NCBI RefSeq assembly: GCF_009914755.1
Contig: NC_060926.1
DNA length: 64,000 bases
Strand: one strand, 5' to 3'
From: the human T2T-CHM13v2.0 reference genome, Homo sapiens
The position numbers and the translations under genes are program-made. Of the stretch, positions 41,271-61,713 are shown piece by piece (positions within the stretch are counted from its first letter, which is position 1; each line of letters starts with the position of its first letter). The notes below the pieces were generated by a model. The model was not told the DNA's origin. It ran no database searches and saw only the letters and a program-made list of their open reading frames with translations.

Positions 41271-41899
41271 GTATGTACTGTATATTAAAATATATGGAGG
41301 AGATAGAAAAACGGCCAGAGAATAGAATACATATCAATTTTGAAACAGTGGCTACCATTAGGGAGGGAGTAGGTATTCATATTTTCTCTTCTGGGGGAGA
41401 GTTGTTAAAAGGGCCTAAGCGTCATATGTAACATTTGATATTTTAAGAGAAGAATGTCACCTGGTATGGTGGCATATACTTCTAACCCGAGCACTATGGG
41501 AGGCCGAGGAGGGCGAATTGCTTGAGCCCAGGAGTTTGAGACCACCCTGGGCAACATAGTGAGACCTTTATTTTACAAAATAAAAATAAAAATAAAAAAA
41601 TTAGGCCAGGATGGTGGCTCAGGCCTGTAATCACAGCACTTTGGGAGGTCAAGGCTGGCGAATCACTTGAGGTCAGGAGTTCAAGATCATCCTGGCCAAC
41701 ATGGTAAAACCCCGTCTCTACTAAAAATACAAAAATTAGCTAGGTGTGGTGGTGTGCACCTGTAGTCCTAGCTACTCAGGAGGCTGAGGCAGGAGAATCA
41801 CTTGAACCCAGGAGGCACAGGTCTCATTGAGCCGAGATTGTGCCACTGTACTCTAGCCTGGTGACAGAGCGAGACTCCATCACAAAAAAAAAAAAAAAA

Positions 41900-42593
<694 letters not shown>

Positions 42594-43001
42594 TCACGCC
42601 TATAATCCCAGCACTTTTGGGAGGCCAAGGCAGGTGGATCACTTGAGCCCAGGAGTTCGAGACCAGCCTGGGGAACATGGTGAAACTCTGTCTCTACAAA
42701 AAATATAAAAATTAGCTGGGCGTGGTGGCATGCACCTTTAGTTCCAGCTACTTGGGAGGCTGAGGTGAGGAGATTGATTGATCCTGGGAGGTTGAGACTG
42801 CAGTGACCTGTGACTGCACCAGTGCATTCCAGCCTGGACAAGAGAGTGAAACTCTGTCTCAAAAAATAATAAATAAAAAGTGGAGTCAGAAGAAAAAAAA
42901 TAGGTTCTCTCCTATTTATTTTTAATCATTATAGGCTGTTCATTTCTTTCCCAACATTTCCCATCTTATAGTTATGTGTCTGTTCATTTTTTGTTTTTTG
43001 A

Positions 43002-43106
<105 letters not shown>

Positions 43107-45965
43107 TGAGTAGCTGAGATTACAGGCATGTGCCACCACGCCCGGCTAATTTTGTATTTTTAGTAGAGATGGGGTTTCTCTATGTTGGTCACGCTGGTCT
43201 TGAACTCCCAACCTCAGGTGATCCACCCACCTCAGCCTCCCAAAGTGATGGGATTACAGATGTGAGCCACCGCGCCCGGCCCTGTTCATTTTTAATTGTC
43301 TAATTTCCCTCACCAGACTGAAAATTCTGTGAGGATGTGAGCTATATATACACTGAATAGTTAATGACTAGCACTTAATAAATGTTCAATATTTGTTGAA
43401 AAGATAAGGTTGCCCCATTAGGAGTGAGATTTTATTTTTTCTTTTTATTTATTTATTTTTTTGAGACGTAGTCTCACTCTGTTGCCCAGGCTGGAGTGCA
43501 GTTTTTGCATCTCAGCTCACTGCAACCTCCGCCTCCCGGGTTCAGGCAATTCTGCCTCAGCGCCCCCTAGTAGCTGGGATTACAGGCGCGTGCCACCACG
43601 TCCGGCTACTTTTTGTATTTTTAGTAGAGACCGGGTTTTGCCATGTTGGCCAGGCTGGCCTCAAACTCCTGACCTCAAGTGATCTACCTGCCTCAGCCTC
43701 CCAAAGTGCTGGGAGGAGTGAGATTTTAATTGCGAATTACAGAATACTGCGTTACCTGTGTCATCATCAGTCATATAACAGGATATGTGGACCAACATCT
43801 CTGACTAAGGCTAGATTCAAGGAACAGGCATCAGTGCCCAATATGGGCACTGCAAGGGGGGTGCGTGTGTATGCCAGAGCTGGGAGGGTGTATAGGGATG
43901 GTGCAGGGGTTGGGGGGTTGGGGGGCAGTGTGGGGTGGGATGAGTGGTCTGGCTTTGGCAAAACCAAAGAGCTGAAAGAGGCCTATTGTGATGGGTGGTT
44001 CTCAAATCAATCTTGTGGGTTAGGTATAATATTTGACTTTACTACATTTTATAGATAATAAGGTTAAGGCAAATTAACCTTTAAAAATCAAGATGGAGAC
44101 CCAAGCCAACCAGTGAAGAAAGCAGAGCCTATTTCCTGCACTCTTCCTGCCTTCTTAATGCCTCTTCCCCCAGCCTGTGCCCCCTGGCTATCAGGCCCAC
44201 TGTGGCAGCTTACCCAGCTTTACTTTTGGATCCCTCATGGGTGGTGGTCTCAGAACAGTACCAAACTCTTAAGACTTGGCTTCCTTTTTTTTTTTGTAGG
44301 ATCCTGTCCTTTCCAAACTAGATTATTGTATAAACTGATCCCTCCTAAGGTAATAACAGTTTCTAACACAAATTTGCAGTTTAACAGGGCACTGTGGAAG
44401 CATATCTGCAACTTAGAAGTGACTGACTCCTTTACCACAGCAAGCCAAAGTTGAGTTTAATCTTTGGGAAGGCACACAAATGACACTCCCACTGGCAACT
44501 CATTTACATAGATTGCTCTTTAGAGGAGACACACATTCTTTCATTTGGTTCTCATAGAGCTGAGATGGGAAAAAAGAGACAATTATTATAGTTATTTTAC
44601 AGATAAGGAAACTGAGGTTTAAGGAAATTATGTCCTAACACCACCTAGGAAGTGGCAGGGAATGGATCCTAATACAGAACTCTTCAATCCTTTTTCTCCA
44701 TCACGTTGCCTTGTTGCCTACTGAAAATTGTGTTGAGGGGTAGCTTCATCATGAACAAAATCGGTCCTAGCACTCTGATCCTGGTTCATGTTCAGGGTCT
44801 CAGTCTGCCTTACTCTGGATAACTTCAAGTTGTTTGTCTGTTGGTGAAAGATTGGTCACAAAAGGTGTTGCTAAAGATGTTCTCATTAACAATTTTACTG
44901 TAGATTAAAGAGATCAGAATTCCAAAATATCCAGTGATTTCAGTTAGTCCTCAATCATAAGTTTGGTGTCTGAGAAGCTTTGGACACATGGTATTAGGAA
45001 ATTTTTTCTATCTGCAGATTGCTAGTTTAAATTCAAGATTCCCATCTTTTTTTTTTTTTTTTTTTTTGAGACTGGGTCTGAGATCTCAGCTCACTGCAAC
45101 CCTCACCTCCCAAGTTCAAGCGATTCTCCTGCCTCAGCCTTCCGAGTAACTGGGATTACAGGTGCGCACCACCACGCCCGGCTAAATTTTGTATTTTTAG
45201 TACAGACGGGGTTTCACCATGTTGGTCAGGCTGGTCTCGAACTCCTGACCTCGTAACCCGCCCACCTCGGCCTCCCAAAGTGCTGGGATTATAGGCACGA
45301 GCCACCGCGCCCGGCCAAGATTCCCATCTTTTAAGTGAATTGAGCAGATGGCAGACCCTGCCCTCTACCTGCTGGACTGGTGTCCACAACAGATTTAACA
45401 ATGAAAACTGATCAGTGAAAAGGCCGTCTCGCTGTACCCTAAAGAGCTGTTTAGGAAACACTGAAACCTCAGTGATTTGCTTATCTGTATCCGTGTCTGA
45501 TTTAGCCAGTGAACACGTGATGGTTTTAAACACACATCTTTAGAGCACTATGTTGAGATCCGCTTATAACCAAGATCTTAAGGTAATAACGAAACACACC
45601 TGACAGAACAGTTTTCCTCAAATTACTATATATAGCCAGATATATCTCTATATATCCATTCCCGAGATGCTGGAGAGTAGAGAGTAAAATTCTATACTTT
45701 GCACTTGCCAGAAGCAGAGTAACATAAATGTTGTCTAGGAAGCTTTTACAACAGACTGGTGAAAATTAAAACACTTTTCAACGCCTCGATTTAGAGTAAT
45801 TTTCGTGAGCGTAGAGAAGGGGCTGGGCCAGGACCACCAAGTAGGGACTATGTGCACAGGGACCCGCGTTTACCAGCCTGCCCTCAGCTGGGCGGGGAAC
45901 CGGACAGCCCTCAGCCTGCACCCAGCCCATGCGAGGTCCCAGCCCAAGTCCCGCCCCAGTATTAC

Positions 45966-46148
45966 CGATGCCCCAGCGGGCTGCGCCACTTTCTCCTCCT
46001 CTTCGTCCTCCAAGATCGCCTCCGCTGCCGCCAGGGCCTTTAAGGGGTCTTCGCGTTCGTACTGGGCGACCCGCGCTCCAGTGATGGGATTTACCGGGGT
46101 CTGGAGACTGGAGGCCACCAGCTTCGCCACTCGGTGGGAGGTGGCCAT
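45966..46148 (-). CDS. FAM161A: FAM161A coding exon 1 (183 nt, MATSHRVAKL...AQPAGAS)
   Basis: ATG at 46148 in context GGCGATGG; donor TCG|GTAATA at 45965; 61 codons; inside track ORF 45870..46304. Confidence 0.96.
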
Positions 46149-46204
46149 CGCCCCGCCTCCGAGGCCTGAGCGCCTGCGCTGGCCCGGGGCGGGAAAGCTG
46201 GTGC

Positions 46205-46256
46205 GGCCCCTGGCAACCCGGGGGCGCCTAGCTAGGGAGCCGGTTGCTATGGGCGC
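46205..46256. promoter_or_regulatory. Two RFX X-box-like motifs near the FAM161A TSS
   Basis: GGCCCCTGGCAAC (46205-46217) and GTTGCTATGGGCGC (46243-46256); each has one strong RGCAAC/GTTGCY half-site. Confidence 0.55.
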
Positions 46257-47306
46257 CGTAACTGGGGACGCTACAGGAGCCGCCAGGGACCAAAAGTCAC
46301 GCAAAATCCACTCAGGCTGCCAGAGACCCGAGTCGGGTGCTTACTGGATCATGGCAGTCAGTACCGAGTCTGTTGGCTGGTTCCGAAGGTTGGCAGGCTG
46401 AACAGGGCACTTATTCCACTCCTTTGCGTCTAACCGCCTGAACGCAGACTTCTCACATTATACAATGAAACAACTGCTTTTGTGAAGAAAAGAACGCTTT
46501 TTTATTAACTGCAATAACATGTTAGAAGGAGACGGTTGATGGAGGAGACGGCGGCGGCGGAGGAAAGCAGGGCGTGTTACTGGGTGGCGGTCTCAGAAGA
46601 GTGACAAGGTTGGCGTCCCGCTACCTAACATGTCTCCCGCGGGGGCCAGAGTGGGAAGGAGGGCGGTACATTCTACTCTGATTGACTTGAGGGCTAGCAG
46701 GAATCCACCAATCAGAAGGAGGCTCCCAGTTGTCCCTCTCGCTTTTTTCTTGACATGACCAATAAAAGCCCAGAGTTGGGTGGCGCCTGACCCTCCCACT
46801 AATGAGTGATAGTGCAGGTATTGTAAACCTGGCGTTTGCTTTGGGTTCTTCAGCTTGAGAGTGACAGGATTGAACGGCACAAGTGCCCAAGAGTCACCAC
46901 AGACACATCCATCTCCCTCATCCGTATCTTCTCTTCCCACTCGGGATTTGGACGCATCAAATGGCGCCTTCCCTCTGCACCACGTGGCAGTAAGAGAAGC
47001 CAAACCTCAAAATAGCGGACGTGGTGCAGTCTCAGACATCTGCTCCCTGAGCCCCTGCTTACTGAGGCCGAGGCTGCCGCCCCCTATCTACTGCCTATCT
47101 ACCCCCTCTCTATCCTTTGCCCTCCTCCTGCTCCCCAGCCCTACGACCGGCCCCCTCCGGTCAGTATTTTCCTCGTTATGCGCTGCACATCGTCGAGAAC
47201 CCGTCTCTAAGGTCTGAGCCCTTACCAAACCTTTGTTCTCCTGTCTGGGTGTGAGCACCTACAAAGTCTCCTACGTCCCCACTTCCTTCAGGCTGCTCTT
47301 GGTTTT

Positions 47307-47417
47307 AGCTGAACAGTTGCTTCCCATGCTGGAACAGATGCTGACTGGGTTCTAAGCAGAAGCTGAACAGTTGCTTCCCATGCTGGAACAGATGCTGACT
47401 GGGTTCTAAGCAGAAGC
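47307..47417. repeat. Perfect 54-bp tandem duplication
   Basis: agctgaacag...ctaagcaga at 47307-47360 and 47361-47414, then agc. Confidence 0.95.
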
Positions 47418-47649
47418 CAGAGCCAGAACCATGAGATATGCACCGCCAGGTGTGGCCAAGTTTCCAGGGGAGCAATTTCCAGTCAGACACGGCAGCCAGT
47501 TTTGTGGCTACAAAACTGCCTCAGCCTCCGGAGTAGCTGGGATTACAGGCGCACTCCCGGGAGGCGGAGGTTGCAGTGAGCCGGGATGGCGCCACTGCAC
47601 TCCAGCCTGGGCAATAAAGCAAGACTCCGTCTCACCACCACCACCACCA

Positions 47650-48310
47650 ACAAAAGTATTGATAAGGAATTATAGCACATGAATTATAAATAATGAAATA
47701 TGCTATTCTCTTTACTGTAAATTCCTCATAGACAATTGCTTCTCTCAGAATGCTTTCGTTGGTTTATGCTGTACTCCTGTATTTGTGGCCAACTTATGGT
47801 TGCAATTGTTTAACAACCTAGTTCCAACATGAATGTTGGTTAATATTTTTGTTTTTATTTGTGATTAAGATGAGAGTGACATATCCAAGATCTATGTCAG
47901 AATTTCACTTGTCAATGTTATGAGCAACTTCTTTGCTGAAATAGATAATCATTTTCTAACACTGGAATAATTTTTCTTAATTTTTTCTGCAAGTCACAAT
48001 GTAAAGGCTACAGATAACACAAACTTTTAAGTTTACTCTGCATTAATATTTTCCACATCCGTTTCTTAAGTTTAAATGTCCAATGTTTAGCTTTTGCTGA
48101 TTTCCATGATGTCAATATTCCCATCATAGCCAATTTCAAGCCACCAATGTGACATCACTTAATAAGAATTTGAGAAAAGATGTCTAGTAGCACACCATTA
48201 TATAGTATTTCCACCATACAGATACAGTAGATGCAAGGAACATAAAAGAAAGTGAAGAGTTTTAAGAAATTATCTTTGTTTTTGACATAATTTATTGTAA
48301 TTAACAAAAC
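47650..48310. mobile_element. MER63-like hAT DNA transposon relic
   Basis: gatttccatgatgtcaatattcccatcatagccaatttcaagccaccaatgtgacatcact...agtagcacaccattatatagtatttccaccatacagata. Confidence 0.55.
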
Positions 48311-48327
48311 AATTTTTTTTTTTTTAA

Positions 48328-48465
<138 letters not shown>

Positions 48466-48489
48466 TAGCAAATGTTGTATTTTTAGTAG

Positions 48490-48609
<120 letters not shown>

Positions 48610-48829
48610 TAGACATTATAAAAGAAAAATAACTAGAAAAGCCTTTTTAGTTGGGAAATTTAAAACTCTTCAAAAAACAATTTGTGCATTACAGAAAAAG
48701 TCATGGCAGAAATTATCTAGAGAGTCAAATAACAACAAAAATACAATGTGTCAAAATGTCTTAAATGTAAAATGGTGCAGCCACTTTTTAAAAGTTTAGG
48801 CCTTCTTTCTCCCACCGTCCCTCATGTTC

Positions 48830-49270
48830 TTCCTTTCCATCTTGGGCCTGGCAGAATGGCTCCTGCAAAGAAGGGTGGCAAGAAGATGAGCTGTTCTGCC
48901 ATCAACAAGGTAGTGACCCAAGAACACACTTGGGTCACTAGCTCACATCCATGGAGTGGGCTTCAAGAAGCATGCTCTGTGGGCATTCAAAGAGATTCAG
49001 AAATTTGCCATGAAGATGGGCACTCCAGATGTGTGCATTGATACCAGGCTTAACAAGGCTATCAGGGCCAAAGGAATAAGGAATGTCCCACACCATGTAC
49101 ATGTGCGATTGTTCAGAAAACATAACAAGGATGAAAATTCACCAAACAAGCTCAATACTGTGGTTACCTGTATACCTGTTACCACTTTCAAAAATCTAGA
49201 TAGTCAGTGTGGATGAGAACTAACTGCCAATTGTCATATATGTCAAATAAAGCTATAAACCCGCTAAAAA
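48830..49270 (+). pseudogene. RPL31P30: RPL31 processed pseudogene
   Basis: ATG 48856 (MAPAKKGG), [48 protein letters not shown] 49221-49223, AATAAA 49246; intronless with indels. The P30 number is from memory of the locus and is less certain than the family call. Confidence 0.9.
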
Positions 49271-49377
49271 TAATTGTGACGGCTCCTCTGAAAGTTGAAT
49301 ATACAATTACTATATGACTCACTCCTAGGTATATACCAAAGATAATTGAAAACATGTTCACACAAAAACTTGTGCAG

Positions 49378-50092
<715 letters not shown>

Positions 50093-50211
50093 ACAAATGT
50101 TCAAAGCAGCATTAATAGGAGCCAAAAGATGGAAACACTTCACATGTCCTTCAGCTGTTGAATGGATAAACAAAATGTGGTGTATGCATATAATGAAATG
50201 TTACTGAGCCA

Positions 50212-53278
<3,067 letters not shown>

Positions 53279-53686
53279 GGCATGAACTTCTGATACCTGC
53301 TCCAAGGTGGATGAACCTTAAAATACAATGCAAAGTAAAAGGTGCCAGACACAAAAGGCCACATATTATATGATTCCATTTATATGAAATGTTCAGGATA
53401 GGAAAGTTCATAAAGACGGAAAGTATTTAGTGGTTGCCAGCGGCTGGAGAGAAAGGAAATGAGGTGTGATTGTTAAGGAGAATGGAGCATCTGTGTGGGA
53501 GGATGAAAATGTTCTGGAATTAGATAGTGGTGATGGTAGTTGTACCACCCTGAACATACTAAAAACCACTAAATTGCATACAAAAACAAACAAACAAACA
53601 AAACCTTAAAAAAGTGTTTTGTTGGCCAGGTGCAGCGGCCCACACCTGTAATCCCAGAACTTTGGGAGGCTGAGGCGGGCAGATCA

Positions 53687-54910
<1,224 letters not shown>

Positions 54911-55534
54911 CATGCCAGCCCCAGATGTTCCCAGTTAAATGCAGCCACATACGTGATCTCAGAAGAACTGCCCATCTGTGTCCAGGTGCCCCACAAAATC
55001 ATATGAAATAATGTTTAAAGCCACTAAGTTTGAGGGAGGAGTTGGTTATATACGAATTGATCACTGATACACCATTCTACTACACAGACATTGAGTTGTT
55101 TACAGCTTTTCATTATTACAAAAACAAGTTTTTAAGCTACCCCTTGCATACTGATGGGACAGCTATATGTTGTCATCCATCCTCCGGAGATCCTTATGGG
55201 ATCAGGCTTAGGCCAGATTCCAGAGGAAACCTTAAGATTGCTTCACTTCTTCCCCTATCTTGTGCTGCTTCTCTCCCTTCTAAAACTCCGTTTTAGATTT
55301 ATCTTGATGCCACTTACTTAATACATTAAAGAGAAAAAGTTACATGGAAAATTTGAGAAAGTAATGGCTACTTTGAAAATAGAGATCTTAGTTACACTGG
55401 GATTATGGGTGCATTGGCTCATGCCTGTAATCCCAGCACCTGGGGGACAAAGCAGGAAGAAGTATAGCTTGAGCCCAGGGGTTCAAGACCAGCCTGGGCA
55501 ACATAGTGAGACATCAGCTCAAAAAAAAAAAAAA

Positions 55535-57554
<2,020 letters not shown>

Positions 57555-57557
57555 CTA

Positions 57558-57791
<234 letters not shown>

Positions 57792-57797
57792 CTAGAG

Positions 57798-58017
57798 CAA
57801 GCTTGTCTAACCTGCAGCCCACAAGCCACAAGCAGCCCAGGACAGCTTTGAATGTGACCCAACACAAATTCGTAAATTTTCTTAAAACATTTTATATATG
57901 TATTTTTTTTTTTTTTAGCTCATTAGCTATTGTTAGTATTAGTGTATTTTATGGTTTGGCCCAAGAGAATTCTTCTTCCAACGTGGCCCAGGGAAGCCAA
58001 AAGATTGGACACCCCTG
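57798..58017. mobile_element. MER30-like hAT-Charlie MITE
   Basis: Ends GATTGGACACCCCTG; 8-bp TSD CTCTAGAG at 57790-57797 and 58018-58025. Confidence 0.85.
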
Positions 58018-59885
58018 CTCTAGAGATTGTCAGAAAAATCTGAACACGGATTGGGTGTTGGACATTACAGAACTGTTTTCTTACAATTGTTTTCTTTTTT
58101 CTTGAGATGGACGTATTAATACAGTACTTCATAACCATTTAACATGGGTAAAACTTATTAGGCTTCCTTTGTGCTAAAGTTTTTGGGTGTTGTCTCCATT
58201 TTGCATACTGCAATGACTTCTGTTACCTAACTATGTAACAAAAGGTCAATTAATAGCTAAATCTAAGTGGAGGGTAATACAATGTTCATACTACTCTTGA
58301 AACCTCCCCAGTAGCTGGGATTACAGGTGCCTGCCACTATGCCCGGCTTTTTTTTTTTTTTTCTACCTTTAGTAGAGACGGGGTTTCACCATGTTGGCCA
58401 GGCTGGTCTCAAACTCCTGACCTTGTGATCCACCCGCCTCGGCCTCCCAAAGTGCTGGGATTACAAGCGTGAGCAACCACGTCCGGCTGGAAGAATTCGA
58501 AGAATGCTGCTATACACACTATTTGTATTATTTAGGCATAACCTATGAACAAAAAGCTTTGTGCTGTTAGGCTGGGCATGGTGGCTCATGCCTGTAATCC
58601 TAGCACTTTGGGAAGCCAAGGTAAGGATAGCTTGAGCCCAGGAATTAAACGCCAGCCTGGGTAACACAGCGAGACCTCGTCTCTGTGAAAAAAAAATACA
58701 AAAATTAGCCAGGCATGGTGGTGTGCGCCTGTAGTCCCAGCTACTAGGGAGGCTGAGGTGGAAGGACTGCTTGAGCCTTGGAAAGTTGAGGCTGTAGTGA
58801 GCCATAGTTGTGCCAATGCATTCCAGCCTGGGCGACAGAGCAAGACCCTGTGTCAAAACACATAAAACAAAAACACTTGGCTGGGCATGGTGACTCATGC
58901 CTGTAATCCCAGCACTTTGGGAAGCCGAGATGTGCGGATCACGAGGTCAGGAGTTCAAGACCAGCCTGGCCAACACGGTAAAACCCCATCTCTACTAAAA
59001 ATACAAAAACTGGCCGGGTGTGGCAGCGTGCACCTATAATCCCAGCTACTCGGAAGACTGAGGCAGAACTGCTTTAAACCTGGGAGGCGGAGGTTGTGGT
59101 AAGCCAAGATGGCGCCATTGCACTCCAGCCTGGGTGAGAGCGAGACTCTGTCTCAAAAAAACAAACAAAAAAAACTTTCTGCTATCTGGGTGCAGTGGCA
59201 CAGGCCTGTAGTGCTAGTTACTTGGGAGGCTGTGGCAAACTTGAGCCCAGGAGTTTGAAGTTATAGTGAGCTATGATCTTCACACATGAATAGCCACCAC
59301 TCCTGCCGAAGCAACATGGCAAGGCACTGCCACTGAAAAAAAAAACATCTTGTGCTGAGTAACTGACAGATGTTTAAATATGGATTAGGTATTTTGACTT
59401 ATGATTTTAGGATATACCTGATTCAACTGTTTTATGGCAGCTAGAATTAACATATTTCACGTTCTTATCAAAGTGAGGAATAAATTGAAGTACTAAATTC
59501 CAGATAATACAGAAATCTTTATCTAAAAATATTAGACACTTACCAAGTTAGTTAACTATTTCAGTTTCATGATGAACACAAAAGGAGCTTCAGACTGTTT
59601 GGCTGAAATCCTTTCTCCACAATGCTAGAGGGGCCTAGTTGCTTTCATGAAACTCCTTGTGAAATACTCAAGGAGATGGTAGCTGAAATACCAGATTGTT
59701 TAGGCCAAACTTTTGATCGACCTTAAAAGGTCTAGCCTTTACTCAAAGGTATGAAAGCTTTTACAAAAAGAGTGCTTGACTAAGTGCCTTTAATCCCAGG
59801 GCTTTAGAAGACCAAGGCAGGACTGTTTAAGGCCAGGAGTTCAAAACCAGCCTGGGCAACATAGTGGGATCCCATTTCTGAAAAA

Positions 59886-59924
<39 letters not shown>

Positions 59925-60299
59925 TATATATATAGGGATGGTGGCACATACCTGTAGCTGTAGCTATTCTAAAGAATAAAGCAGGATTCTTTATTCTTAG
60001 CTCAAGTCCAGGAGTTCAAGGCTGCAGTGACCTATGATCACGCCACTGCACTCCAGCCTGGGTGATGAGCTTTTCTCTAAAAAAAAAAAAATCACTAGAC
60101 TTCAATATGTGCGAAATAAATAGATTGGAAGGTGGCTAAAGGGAAGAGACTAGTTACAGATTTGACACTCTTCATGGTGAGATGACACTGATGCTTAGAT
60201 CAGGACAGTGGCAATCAAGATGTTTAAAATCACTGGAACAAGACATTAGTTAAGAAACCCTTTTGTTTAAGTAAGATTTGCTACATATATGTATACACT

Positions 60300-60305
60300 T
60301 TTATT
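60300..60305 (-). terminator. Possible CCT4 distal poly(A) signal
   Basis: tttatt at 60300-60305, with U/GU-rich sequence downstream on -. Confidence 0.5.
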
Positions 60306-60598
60306 TGCAGAAGGAATCCAACACAGCAGTCATTATTACTGGGAAAAGGAATTAGGATGATAGGATAAAAGGAGGCTTTCATTTTTCATTCTCTTTCTGT
60401 ACCATTAACTTATTTTTGTTTTAACTGGGCAGCCTCCCAAGCCAAAGTAGGTTCAGAGAGGTGCCACTTGGATCATTAACTTTTAAGACAGCATATATAT
60501 TATATGTTGGTAGTTTTTAAGGCCAGGGAGCATTTATCAGTGATGAGCATATTGGGCCATTTTTTTCCTCAACATGTAAACTCACTTTTTACGCTTCT

Positions 60599-60614
60599 TT
60601 TATTAGTTTTTATT
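60599..60614 (-). terminator. CCT4 proximal tandem poly(A) signals (two AATAAA, 10 nt apart)
   Basis: tttatt at 60599-60604 and 60609-60614, about 240 nt after the stop. Confidence 0.75.
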
Positions 60615-60852
60615 AGTTTTTCAAAAGTATCAGAAATAACAGAATGTTGGGAGAAGATAAATCTGCCTTTTGAAACCAAATATTTAATATTTTCATTAAA
60701 TTGTTTCAATACAACTTCAGGCAAATGCCAACTGGAAGACCAAGCCCAGAAATTCAGAGGAAATAATCTTCCAAACAAGGAACACCAAGGTGATCTTCTT
60801 CCATTCCAGCCACAATACTGGTGATCATAATGGTGCTAGTCAGTTATCCAGA

Positions 60853-60867
60853 TTATCGAGTGTTTAC
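60853..60867 (-). CDS. CCT4: CCT4 terminal coding segment (VNTR*)
   Basis: Acceptor TTTTCTCTTATCAG|GTA AAC ACT CGA TAA completes ...KIDDVVNTR*. Confidence 0.92.
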   Translation of the reverse strand, partial: VNTR

Positions 60868-61185
60868 CTGATAAGAGAAAAACTTAGATTTCAAAACCTG
60901 TAATGACAGAATTTTAAAGCTGGAAAATGTTTAAGGCAATTAATAAAAGGAAAACCTGTATTAAGAACTGCTGTCACCTTGATGACTAGCAAATATTTAT
61001 CAAAAGTAAAAACTTGGCCGGGCACGGTGGCTCATGCCTGTAATCCCAGCACTTTGGGAGGCTGAGGCAGGTGGATCACAAGGTAAGAAGTTCGAGACCA
61101 GCCTGACCAACATGGTGAAACCCCGTCTCTACTAAAAATACAAAAATTAGCTGGGTGTGGTGGCACATGCCTGTAATCCCAGCTA

Positions 61186-61335
<150 letters not shown>

Positions 61336-61385
61336 TTAAAAAAACAATGGCCAGGTGTGGTGGCTCACACCTGTAATCCCAGCTA

Positions 61386-61493
<108 letters not shown>

Positions 61494-61599
61494 TCAAAAA
61501 AACCAACCAACCAACCAAACAACAACAACAACAAAAAACCTTTAAAAAATATATGCCTTTTTGACCTCCTAAGAAAATTTGCAACCTGGAAACACTTAC

Positions 61600-61713
61600 C
61601 ACATCATCTATTTTCAGAATGCTCCGAACAGTTTCAGTTGCAAGAGTCAGAGCACTGACTGATACCAACAGAGGCTGGACAACCAGTTCCTCCAAAATGT
61701 TGGAAATACCACC
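61600..61713 (-). CDS. CCT4: CCT4 (TRiC/CCT chaperonin delta subunit) penultimate exon, [38 protein letters not shown]
   Basis: Acceptor TTTGCAG|GGT; donor GTG|GTAAGT; 114 nt; chaperonin C-terminal motif ILKIDD. Upstream exons lie beyond the window end. Confidence 0.95.

Larger units (their letters stand above)
45780..47220. promoter_or_regulatory. CpG island / FAM161A promoter region
   Basis: Sharp rise in GC and CpG around exon 1; GC-box-like motifs, CCAAT at 46708 and 46759, CACGTG at 46981. Confidence 0.85.

Noticed and set aside
40815-41288. 157-aa and 139-aa Tyr/Ile/Phe-rich ORFs
   Set aside because: Artefact of the TA repeat, which lacks in-frame stops.
46149-46304. 52-codon in-frame N-terminal extension of FAM161A
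   Set aside because: Starts at TTG, probably upstream of the TSS; stop-poor GC-rich sequence explains the open frame.
45805-46401. 198-aa + strand ORF over the promoter
   Set aside because: Antisense to FAM161A exon 1 in GC-rich DNA, non-ATG start, no recognisable domain.
47307-47417. Direct repeats here, at 6081/6995 and at 30400-30452 as a CRISPR-like array
   Set aside because: Only two copies each, no regular unique spacers, no cas genes, eukaryotic context.
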